64,000 nt of DNA, from assembly GCA_049510295.1 (NCBI GenBank), contig JBEKZC010000004.1, forward strand, positions 4,224 through 68,223, read 5' to 3'. The position numbers and the translations under genes are program-made. Source of the DNA: Verrucomicrobiota bacterium. GTDB taxonomy: Bacteria > Verrucomicrobiota > Verrucomicrobiia > Limisphaerales > UBA11358. The notes beneath the pieces were generated by a model. That model saw nothing but the letters and a program-made list of their open reading frames with translations. It ran no database searches and was not told the DNA's origin. Positions 9,116-17,324 of the stretch are shown here, in pieces. Each line of letters begins with the position of its first letter. The stretch's first letter is position 1.

Positions 9116-9334
9116 TTAAGGAGAAGATGGTGGATAGTGTGGATCATCCCCGGAACATTGGACTTCATAATTGCATGAGCAGGTCTCGACAGGCTCACAA
9201 TTGCAGTTGGCTTCCTGACTGACGTCTTTTCTAGCCGACGGCGTCCCGCCAAGCGTGACCACGCGGATTCTAGGGGTCTTCTTGGCTATCTTACCAATTT
9301 TCTTTTTAGGTTTTGGCGCTTTTTTCTTTGCCAT
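9116..9334 (-). CDS. Cys-rich precursor-like peptide (72 aa)
   Basis: ATG at 9334, 14 nt after the rSAM stop, preceded by agaaagga. It has a Lys-rich leader (MAKKKAPKPKKKIGKIAKKTPRIRVVTLGG) and a core ..EANCNCEPVETCSCNYEVQCSGDD.. Confidence 0.6.
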   Translation of the reverse strand: MAKKKAPKPKKKIGKIAKKTPRIRVVTLGGTPSARKDVSQEANCNCEPVETCSCNYEVQCSGDDPHYPPSSP

Positions 9335-9348
9335 GGCAACTGTCCTTT

Positions 9349-10842
9349 CTAACAAACATTGTGGTTTAACGAGACGACTTTTATTTGTTCGACGTCACGA
9401 GGTTCAATCACACCATCTGCCAACCAGACAATGAGTTGCTTGTTGACCAGGCCGGCAATCTGACAGCGATAGGGATCCGGGGAATACAGGTCACGATTCG
9501 AATACCTGAAGCTTCTTGCAGGGCAATCCCCAGCACAATGGTATCTAAGAAAACAGCCCTTGCAGGCGTCCATGTTCTCGGTAACCCTTTGTTTCAATTG
9601 CTCAATCCGAGCCTGATTCAACACTACCCGGCCTTGGATCGGATCAACTTTGCCGACAAAGAATTCATTCGCAGCCGGGTCCTTTGAATGGAGCACCTCG
9701 TAGCACGTCGTAATATTACCGTCGGGTGTAACACAAAAATTCTGGCCGCAGGCGGAACAGAATCGTTGATGGCAAGGCTCAAAACAGCGCATGCCCGAGT
9801 AACGGACATCAATATCAAGTTTGAGACCCAACAGAAAACAGTTCAGGAACTTCTCGGCGAATTGTTCCGCGTCCGGTCTCGTAATAGCGGTAGTTGCACA
9901 TCGTCCCGTAAGCGAGACAGGCTCGAAGTGAACCGTAGCAAGACCCAATTGTTTCGCCAGTTTGATGGTGTCCTCCATTGACGCCAAGGCCTCGTTCGTA
10001 ATCGTGGATCGAACAGAAACGCGCCTGCCCGCTTGGACCAGACTTTGCAGATTGCGCACCACGACGTCATAGCTCGGTTGGCCGGAACGGAAGGGGCGCT
10101 GACGATTCTGGGTGTCGCGGGGTCCGTCCAAACTTATATTCACGCTAATGTTGTTCTTAACGATCCACCGGTGCACCGATTTGCCGTATGTGCCGTTGGT
10201 GCCCATGCCCACGGACGGTTGCAACCCCGCCGCGCGGGCGCGCCCGCAGAACTCCGTGACAATGTCCTTCAACGTCGCAAATTCAACGGTCGCCTCTCCG
10301 CCGCCGTGGATGGCCAGGTTTACACTCTTGCGGGCGGCCCGCCCTGGGGCAGCGACGGAATTGAGGGTCGAAAAGAAATGGTCCAGTGCGGGACGCCAGA
10401 GGTCCCTGCTGATGGTCTTTCCCGCATCTCCTCCGTTGGCATAACAGTAGGCACACCGGAGATTGCACTTGGTGGTGACAAAGATGGCCAAATGAGTCAT
10501 TGAAGCCGAACTGTCGGGAACCGTCCGTCGGTCACTCTGGTTGGCGGTTTCCGGTTCCATCAAAATGCCAAGCTTGCGCAGTTGCCCGGTGACCGCCGCC
10601 AGTCCCTTGCGGTCCTGGTTGGAGAGTTTTTCAAGAAAGCCGGCGTTGTCCGGCTGGGTGATGAATGCCAGCATGGCTTCATTCATCGAAGCACAAGTGC
10701 GAGTGGCGGGGTCGAACAGGTAAACGCCGCCGTTATGCCTGAACACCGACGCCTGCGGATTCAACGTGAGCCGAGATCCCGAAGACATAAGGAATTGGGG
10801 AACTAATACCTTTCCCGTTGGATCGCTGTCAATCATTCTCAA
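9349..10842 (-). CDS. Radical SAM / SPASM-domain peptide maturase
   Basis: 497 aa with CxxxCxxC (TTKCNLRCAYCYA) and C-terminal Cys clusters (..CSACGQNFCVTPDGNITTC.., CKGCFLRYHCAGDCPARS) typical of SPASM. The N-terminal ~90 aa look PqqD/RRE-like. Confidence 0.8.
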   Translation of the reverse strand: MRMIDSDPTGKVLVPQFLMSSGSRLTLNPQASVFRHNGGVYLFDPATRTCASMNEAMLAFITQPDNAGFLEKLSNQDRKGLAAVTGQLRKLGILMEPETANQSDRRTVPDSSASMTHLAIFVTTKCNLRCAYCYANGGDAGKTISRDLWRPALDHFFSTLNSVAAPGRAARKSVNLAIHGGGEATVEFATLKDIVTEFCGRARAAGLQPSVGMGTNGTYGKSVHRWIVKNNISVNISLDGPRDTQNRQRPFRSGQPSYDVVVRNLQSLVQAGRRVSVRSTITNEALASMEDTIKLAKQLGLATVHFEPVSLTGRCATTAITRPDAEQFAEKFLNCFLLGLKLDIDVRYSGMRCFEPCHQRFCSACGQNFCVTPDGNITTCYEVLHSKDPAANEFFVGKVDPIQGRVVLNQARIEQLKQRVTENMDACKGCFLRYHCAGDCPARSFRYSNRDLYSPDPYRCQIAGLVNKQLIVWLADGVIEPRDVEQIKVVSLNHNVC

Positions 10843-10926
10843 GTCACATCAGATTTTCCCAGTCAATCCACCGATTCCGCGCAGCTCATTCAGTTTCCGG
10901 TGGGTGGGCGTTACGCCCCGACGTGT

Positions 10927-11077
10927 TTCAGGACAAAATCACTTTGTCATTTGATGTCTTTTACCGGAAACAGCCAAAGTCCGAATGCCTTGTCCCTTCC
11001 CGCGTTATCCCGACTTCGCGGGCATGATGCGCCCCGGCCATGACCAGTCAACCCCTTTTGGTTTGTCTGCGGCCGGG
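10927..11077. repeat. Rep-A intergenic repeat, copy E
   Basis: tttcaggacaaaatcactttgtcatttgatgtcttttaccggaaacagccaaagtccgaatgcc..gcgggcatgatgcgccccggccatgaccagtcaaccccttttggtttgtc. Confidence 0.8.
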
Positions 11078-11257
11078 CGCGCATTTTTCCCGCAAATTCG
11101 AGGACGAGAACGACGACGAGGACGATTCATGCTGGCCCAGTCCTCGTCACGGTGCCGGCCCCTGTCAGCAATTTGAAATCCGTGTTCATCTGTGTTCATC
11201 CGTGGTTGGATAAAAAACCGGATTGATGTCCGGGCCCGGTTCGACCATAACTTTTGA

Positions 11258-11360
11258 ATGTTAGCCCGGGTCTGTTCCGCCGCGCTCAATGGCATTGAAG
11301 CGTATCCCGTCGAGGTCGAAGTCAACGCCGGTTATGGCGACACCCTCGTCGTAATAATTG
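11258..11360 (+). pseudogene. comM: comM/yifB fragment 1 (N-terminal 34 codons), interrupted
   Basis: MLARVCSAALNGIEAYPVEVEVNAGYGDTLVVII matches the ComM/YifB N-terminus. The reading frame then runs into foreign DNA (..ETI*). Confidence 0.8.
11353..11360. repeat. attL core AATAATTG of insertion 1
   Basis: The identical 8-mer recurs at 21789..21796, exactly where comM homology resumes. Confidence 0.65.
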
Positions 11361-11751
11361 AGACGATATAACCCATTTTGGAAGCAACCAGTCAGAAGCC
11401 TTGGTTTTGTTGGGGAATATTGGCGTACCATTCCCAGCGCCAGAACTCGCCCCAGACCAATTGCCAGCCGATTTCCAGACCGATTGGCCGTCAACATCGT
11501 CAAACGGTTTTGACGGTCCCGACACTCAATCGGCTCTCCCTCGTTCCTGAACGAACACGCTGAAATTATCGGTTTGTGGACGGCGGCGGCGTGGCAGAAC
11601 ACGAAAGCGGATTGCTCCACGGTCAGCGAATGCCTCACGGCAATTCAGCCGTGTGGCATTTTGCACGCTTGACTTTGTTTGGTCTCGGCTGTGAGATGGC
11701 AATTAGTCCACATTAAAAAAGACGGACTTCTGGTTTCTGAAAGGACACGAT

Positions 11752-12654
11752 ATGAAAAGGACACAACTGGCGGTTACGACAATTTCAATAATCATTGGTG
11801 CTTTGCTGTTGAACGGGCCGCTCAAAGCCGATGTTGTGATCTTCCAAAGTGGAACCGTTGTTGTTGGCAATGTTCTTCAACAAGACGATGATGGCGTTCT
11901 AATTCAGATGGATTACGGCACGCTTCGTTATCCATCTTCAATGGTTAAGGACGTGCATAAAGGAGAAGCCGCGCCAGCTACTAATTCTCTAGCCGTTTCA
12001 AGAATTCCCAATTGGGCAAAAATTATTTCTCAGCTTGCAACAAACGGATGGGCACACGATTTGAAGCAAATTCCCGCAACGGTGATTGATAATGGTGTTT
12101 TGCAGAATGTTCCTTACATTTCGTTTCGTTGTAATGCTGGTGGCTACGAAATAAATGTTTACGGTGACTTAGATAATCCTGCGGGTGTTGAAATTGGAGC
12201 AATCAATTACAATGTGAAAAGTGGCGTGGCAAAAAGCAATTGCGTGAATTTTATCTGTTCTGTGCTTCCCTCTGACAAGGATGAAAAAGTCGTACATGCA
12301 TTAAACTGGAACCCAAAAGACGTGCAAAAAACAAACGGGATGACGTTTGAAATCACACTTCCGTCTGAACCTGATGCGTATGGTGGTTGGTGGATTTCAG
12401 TCTATGATGAAAACGCATTAACAAATGCACGGGCTACTGGCGCAGAACTGCTCTCTATTACACAGCCTCGCATCGTAACAAAAGTGCATCCGGTTGCGAC
12501 AACATCAGTGGCAGATTCGGCTTGGTCTTCTGATGATATTTCAAGTGCTCGTCCAACCGCGTCTGATTCTTCAAATAATGGCGGCACTGTTTATGTTCGC
12601 GGATATTATCGCAAGAACGGGACATACGTTAACGCCTATACACGGCGTCGTTAA
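11752..12654 (+). CDS. Secreted hypothetical protein
   Basis: 300 aa with an N-terminal signal-like segment (MKRTQLAVTTISIIIGALLLNGPLKA). No motif recognised. Confidence 0.5.
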   Translation: MKRTQLAVTTISIIIGALLLNGPLKADVVIFQSGTVVVGNVLQQDDDGVLIQMDYGTLRYPSSMVKDVHKGEAAPATNSLAVSRIPNWAKIISQLATNGWAHDLKQIPATVIDNGVLQNVPYISFRCNAGGYEINVYGDLDNPAGVEIGAINYNVKSGVAKSNCVNFICSVLPSDKDEKVVHALNWNPKDVQKTNGMTFEITLPSEPDAYGGWWISVYDENALTNARATGAELLSITQPRIVTKVHPVATTSVADSAWSSDDISSARPTASDSSNNGGTVYVRGYYRKNGTYVNAYTRRR

Positions 12655-12699
12655 TAGTCGTGAACCAGCCTTCGGCGGCGTAAGGTTGCCGCTGGTCAT

Positions 12700-13221
12700 T
12701 CAAGGCAAGTTTTGTTTTGAAAGGACTTTGCCCGTGTAAGCTTCTGAATGTTTCAAATGCGCCTGCCAGTTGGCCGTGTATTTTTCAGCCAAATCAGCAT
12801 CCTGAATCACCAGCAAATTTTCGGCATTGTTTTCTTCTGCGGCCTTCGTGAAGTTGAAAGAGCCTGTTAAGATCGTCTTGCCGTCAATCACCATGATTTT
12901 GTTATGAGCAATAGCGTGTTTGGCGTCAATAAATGTTGGAATGCCCGCATGTTGGACAAAATCGGCAGAACTGTATTTTTCGGTGCGTTGGCTTTTATCC
13001 AAAATCACTTCCACGTTTACGCCGCGCTTGTGTGCATCCACGAGGGCTTTGGCAATCGGCGCGCTGGTAAATGAATACGCTTGAACTAAAATAGAATTCG
13101 TTGCCTTGTTAAGATTTTCCACGACGGCTTCAGTGCAACCACCCTTGGGGGAAAAGAAAACCTGAATGTCAGCAGCTTGGATTGAGACGGCTAAAAAAAG
13201 GGCAAGCAGGATTGATTTCAT
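12700..13221 (-). CDS. Phospholipase D-family endonuclease (Nuc-like), secreted
   Basis: 173 aa with a signal peptide (MKSILLALFLAVSIQA) and a single HKD motif (AIAHNKIMVIDGKTILTGSFNFT). The size is typical of Nuc. Confidence 0.8.
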   Translation of the reverse strand: MKSILLALFLAVSIQAADIQVFFSPKGGCTEAVVENLNKATNSILVQAYSFTSAPIAKALVDAHKRGVNVEVILDKSQRTEKYSSADFVQHAGIPTFIDAKHAIAHNKIMVIDGKTILTGSFNFTKAAEENNAENLLVIQDADLAEKYTANWQAHLKHSEAYTGKVLSKQNLP

Positions 13222-13522
13222 GCATTCAGGTTAATCAGGAACACCAGAAGTGTTAAGAGATTTTCGGTCACCTGATTTTTCCAGTTTGAGGACGGCGGTG
13301 GCGTGGCAGAATACGAAAGCGATTTTGATAATAGCGCGGGTCATCCTGCGCACCGAACAACGACGCGAACTTGCAAGCCGATTGAAAACAACTATTATCG
13401 CGGCATGGCAGAAAAACCGCCAAATACCACTGCGACTGGCGCGCCAGCCACTACGTCAAAGCCATGCTCGACCAGATTTTCGGTAAATTGATGCAACAAT
13501 AACCCCTAACGAACCTGCATTT

Positions 13523-15001
13523 ATGACTGAATCTAAAACCAGTTGCCCAAAATGTGGCGGGCACGTCATTTTCCCGAATGAACTATCGGGACAAGCAATT
13601 GCATGTCCACATTGCAACGAAACATTTTTTCTGCCTAAGCTAAAATCTGTCACTCCTTGGGTAATTACAGCCGTATTCGCCTTAATTGCCATTTGTCTCG
13701 GTTCGTTACTTGTTTTCCAACGCCACAAGGGAATCAGCGAGCCACAAACTCATTCGTTTGCAAAGCCAAACACAACGACAGAAAATTCTACAAAAGCACA
13801 GCCTGACGTAAAAGTATCGAAAGGCGCAGATGACCAAGCCATTGAAAATCTTTGCAAAGAATTTTATGATGGTTTGTCTGCGCAAGACGCCAAATCTATT
13901 TACGGGTTGCTGTCTGAATCATGCAAGAAAGCCTTAAATCCACAGGACATATTTATTGACGGTGCAAAATATGATTTTGAGAATTTGGAATCTGTCCAAT
14001 ATCAGAACGGAAATCTTGGAAGGAGTGCGTTAGCAAAAGTAAGGCGCAGAGTGCAAAGCAACTTTGTTGGCTCACAAGAAGGTTTGCGAGATTTGAAATT
14101 CGTCAAAGAGTCGGATGGCTGGAAATATTTTCCCATGAACGACCTTGCAAGAAAAATTGTAAGCGAATTCATAAAGTCTGGTTTCACCGACCAGCTTAAT
14201 ATTGACATCCAATTGCTGCGAGACGGCGATCCCTTCACCGATTGGAATAAGGACAACACAAATGCCTTTGAAGCGATTTTCAAATTTGACCAAGGACGCG
14301 ATGGTGTTTTCCCTTGGGATCTCGAATTTGCTATTATAAGCAATACGGTTGACGGCATGACGTTGGTTTTGAATTACAGTATTCGTAATAAATCCTCAAC
14401 GCCGTGGCCCTCACCGTTGCTTGAATTTAATTTGAAAAGGGGCGGCAAAATTGTTTTGAGCGGAAACGATCTATTGCCAAATGTTCAAAGTGGTCAGGAG
14501 CTTCAGCGGAGCACTTCATTCTTTCTCGCAGGCCAGCCACAACAAACAACTAAATACGATCTAGACGTCAGTTGTCCAGATGGATTTCAAAACAACATCC
14601 AGCTTGTGCAAAATATTCCCTTGGAATTCAAAGTCCACCCTGTTTCAGAACTCGCAAAGCTAGAAATCGTCGGCACGCAGTTTGATCAAGCTACAAGCGA
14701 AGATTTTAAAGATATGTTATCAGCACGGATAGATTATCGAGTTAAAAATATCAGTTCCGAGCCAATACAGAGCCTTGATGTTAAATGTGTATGGTATTCA
14801 CTGACCGGAGAACAACTTGATCAATCCACAGAATATGTGATTAGCTACGGTGACGTGCCGTTAGGCATGGGACAATTCAAAACAGGTTTTGTCCGGTGCG
14901 GCAAGGGGTATAGTAATAGTCGCGTGCCGGTCAAAGTTGATGTTTATTTGGAATCGGGTGAAAAGAGAAGCCTTGTCGTTAAAGGTTTGCTAATTCAATA
15001 G
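13523..15001 (+). CDS. Membrane-anchored hypothetical protein with an N-terminal zinc ribbon
   Basis: 492 aa: CPKCGG..CPHCNE, then one TM span (WVITAVFALIAICLGSLLVF), then a large unassigned domain. Confidence 0.5.
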   Translation: MTESKTSCPKCGGHVIFPNELSGQAIACPHCNETFFLPKLKSVTPWVITAVFALIAICLGSLLVFQRHKGISEPQTHSFAKPNTTTENSTKAQPDVKVSKGADDQAIENLCKEFYDGLSAQDAKSIYGLLSESCKKALNPQDIFIDGAKYDFENLESVQYQNGNLGRSALAKVRRRVQSNFVGSQEGLRDLKFVKESDGWKYFPMNDLARKIVSEFIKSGFTDQLNIDIQLLRDGDPFTDWNKDNTNAFEAIFKFDQGRDGVFPWDLEFAIISNTVDGMTLVLNYSIRNKSSTPWPSPLLEFNLKRGGKIVLSGNDLLPNVQSGQELQRSTSFFLAGQPQQTTKYDLDVSCPDGFQNNIQLVQNIPLEFKVHPVSELAKLEIVGTQFDQATSEDFKDMLSARIDYRVKNISSEPIQSLDVKCVWYSLTGEQLDQSTEYVISYGDVPLGMGQFKTGFVRCGKGYSNSRVPVKVDVYLESGEKRSLVVKGLLIQ

Positions 15002-15197
15002 TCGCCAAAAATACTCATGAATTATTTGCACTACGATTTACAACTTGAGCAAAATTTGGCCCCGATTAAAACCCCGCAACCAAGTCCCGCACCCGAACAC
15101 CAAGAGCCTTGGCGATTTTCACTAGATTGTCCACCGACGGTGATTCAACTCCCCGCTCAATTCGGCTAATAAACACGTTGGAGGGGGCGGCTTTACC

Positions 15198-15416
15198 TCA
15201 AAGGTTGCCAACCACATCCCGCAATTTGATGCCAAGGACTTTGGTAATTTTCAGGAGGGCATCAATCGTGATTGCCCGGTCAGCTCGCTCCACTTGGCTG
15301 ATGTAAACCGGGTGCAGATTGGCCTTTTCCGCCAACTTTTCTTGGGTCATCCCGCGTTTCTTGCGGAACCTGCGGACATTCTCGCCAATTCGTTTGTGCG
15401 CCTTAAATGTGGACAC
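15198..15416 (-). CDS. XRE-family helix-turn-helix regulator
   Basis: 72 aa: ..RRFRKKRGMTQEKLAEKANLHPVYISQVERADRAITIDALLKI.. Confidence 0.8.
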   Translation of the reverse strand: MSTFKAHKRIGENVRRFRKKRGMTQEKLAEKANLHPVYISQVERADRAITIDALLKITKVLGIKLRDVVGNL

Positions 15417-15560
15417 TGGCGCTTACAAAAGCAGGTTTTGGACGAACATTCCATAAGCTACGGGCTTATTAAGCTATCAGGCTTAGTTTATGCTTGCCTG
15501 TTGACGGGGAAAGGAGTCGGCTCCCAGAAAACTGACGGAGAACCAGCAAATTACAAAATT

Positions 15561-16187
15561 ATGGCTGACAAAGATAAAAAACCGAGCCTCTTGGAGACGA
15601 TTGCCTTTTTGGTTGTCGTGTTCATCGTGGCGGCTGCGTTGTATAAACTTTTCACTGAATTTTGGAAGTGGGCGACGACCAACAGACGAAGGGCTCGGAT
15701 TTGCCTGCCAATTCTGTTCTGGATACCGCTTTTCGGGCTTGTCAGACCCACTATCGTCCTGTTTTTGATGACCACAGGCATGGCGGAATATTCAGATGAA
15801 CATTCGCTAATCTCAGACCAGCAGCTTCTTGTCAATTGGTCAGCCGCGATTTTTGCTCTGATTATTTCGCTGATTATCACCAGAACGGTGGCGCGGAAAA
15901 TTCCCGAAGAGACGATTTCCCCAGAACCGCCAACGGCAAGCATCATTCCTCAAAAGGAAAAATCAGGCGAAACACCGGGTGAAACTCGTCATGGAATACA
16001 AAAAATCGGAACTCGTGGCTTGTTTGGATGCGCTTTGTGTGTCCTCGGCATCATCCGTTTGTTGGCTGCTAACGACTTGGCAGAGGACGCATTGGAAAGA
16101 AACATCGGCACCGGAATTCTGGATATTGTCAGTGGATTGTTGTGCGTGGTTTGGGGGTATCGGAAATATGGCGCAAAAAAATCGTGA
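15561..16187 (+). CDS. Multi-pass membrane protein, unknown function
   Basis: Internal ATG at 15561 of ORF 15294..16187 (MADKDKKPSLLETIAFLVVVFIVAAALY..). The upstream part of that ORF is antisense to the XRE gene. Confidence 0.45.
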   Translation: MADKDKKPSLLETIAFLVVVFIVAAALYKLFTEFWKWATTNRRRARICLPILFWIPLFGLVRPTIVLFLMTTGMAEYSDEHSLISDQQLLVNWSAAIFALIISLIITRTVARKIPEETISPEPPTASIIPQKEKSGETPGETRHGIQKIGTRGLFGCALCVLGIIRLLAANDLAEDALERNIGTGILDIVSGLLCVVWGYRKYGAKKS

Positions 16188-16197
16188 CCCCGCAATT

Positions 16198-16866
16198 TCA
16201 TGCGTTTTGAATTTTGAGAACGTTGCTGACCGTGGACGGATACCACGTCTTGCCGGAACGGGTCGCAACTCCCCTGCGGTTCAGACAATCAGCAATTCCC
16301 TGTAATGTCTGAACACCCGCCAAACGGATTTCCTCAATGACCGGCAGAATTTTGGCTGCGAATTCCGACTTGGCCGTTTTGTTTGCCGTTACCATCGCGG
16401 CCACGGCCCGTTCTGGCTCGGGTGTTCCGAGCCGCATTCCTCTGTTCTTGGCTGCGGCCAATGCCGACTTGGTTCGTTCTGAAATCAGTTCCCTCTCTCT
16501 TTGGGCGACCAGCGCCAAAATCCCTATGGTGAAACGGTCAGCATTCGGGCAGTCGCAGCAAATGAAATCTGCGCCGCTGTTTTGGAGCCGCAAGAGAAAT
16601 TCGGCGTTTCTCGCCAGCCTGTCCAGCTTGGCGATTACAACTGTGCCTTTGGATTTCTTGGCGTAATCCAGTGCCGCAGCCAACTGTGGCCGTTCATCCT
16701 CCGTCCATTTGCCGGATTCCACTTCGGCGAATTCTTTTTCCAAAACCCCGTGCTGGCCTTCAACGAACCGCCGAACCGTGTCGCGTTGTGCCGACATTCC
16801 GTATCTCCCGTCCATCCCTTGTTGTTTGGTGCTCACTCTGTAATAGGCGATGTAGTTTTTATTCAT
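16198..16866 (-). CDS. Small serine recombinase (resolvase/invertase type)
   Basis: ATG at 16866: MNKNYIAYYRVSTKQQGMDGRYGMSAQRD.. (catalytic Ser context), ..VVIAKLDRLARN.., and a C-terminal HTH-like region. Confidence 0.8.
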   Translation of the reverse strand: MNKNYIAYYRVSTKQQGMDGRYGMSAQRDTVRRFVEGQHGVLEKEFAEVESGKWTEDERPQLAAALDYAKKSKGTVVIAKLDRLARNAEFLLRLQNSGADFICCDCPNADRFTIGILALVAQRERELISERTKSALAAAKNRGMRLGTPEPERAVAAMVTANKTAKSEFAAKILPVIEEIRLAGVQTLQGIADCLNRRGVATRSGKTWYPSTVSNVLKIQNA

Positions 16867-17055
16867 GGGGACACTGGTAAACGGCCCGCTCTGTCCCCGG
16901 CAACGAGGATTTACAAAAACTATACGGTGGCAAAGTGCCTGTAAAACCGCGTAAAAATGCTCCTTTTGCTGCGACGGTGGTATGGAAGATGTTCCAGACA
17001 TGCTGCTGATTTTTAACCAGCCGCCACCACTTAATTTAATCCATCACCCCTACTA

Positions 17056-17086
17056 CCTCCATTATGCCACCGTAAAGGTAAACATC
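17056..17086 (+). repeat. 31-bp direct repeat, copy 1 (cctccattatgccaccgtaaaggtaaacatc)
   Basis: An exact second copy lies at 18967..18997. The pair brackets the 470-aa gene. Confidence 0.8.
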
Positions 17087-17324
17087 GGTGGTTGGAACGT
17101 GGCTACGGACAAGCGTATGGGAATGTGTCTGGCCTTGCGCCAGTTTGCGTATGGGCCGCTTTTCTCCACGTCTTTACTTGAATACGTGTTCCGGCCCCAA
17201 TGCCAAACCGAACCCGGAATTAGAACGGCCATCCTTGGGGGTGGCACCCCGCGCAAATCATCGTAATCAGAAGGCCACCACGGATGGCGGGGGTGGGCAC
17301 CAGCGCGGGAGCGGGGGGAAGTGG

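Noticed and set aside
4985-11077. Rep-A copies as a CRISPR array or as integron attC sites
   Set aside because: Copies are 0.3-2.5 kb apart with whole genes between them and vary in length, so this is not CRISPR. I could not find the RYYYAAC/GTTRRRY R-box pair, and there is no intI gene in the window, so I do not call an integron. The cassette-like layout is still reported as a finding.
11261-11638. 125-aa minus-strand ORF at the left end of insertion 1
   Set aside because: Its 3' part is antisense to comM fragment 1 and it crosses attL. I see no motif and no RBS-like sequence, so at best a shorter element-internal ORF might be real.
15294-15560. N-terminal extension of ORF 15294..16187
   Set aside because: It is antisense to the XRE gene 15198..15416. 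The membrane protein most plausibly starts at the ATG at 15561.
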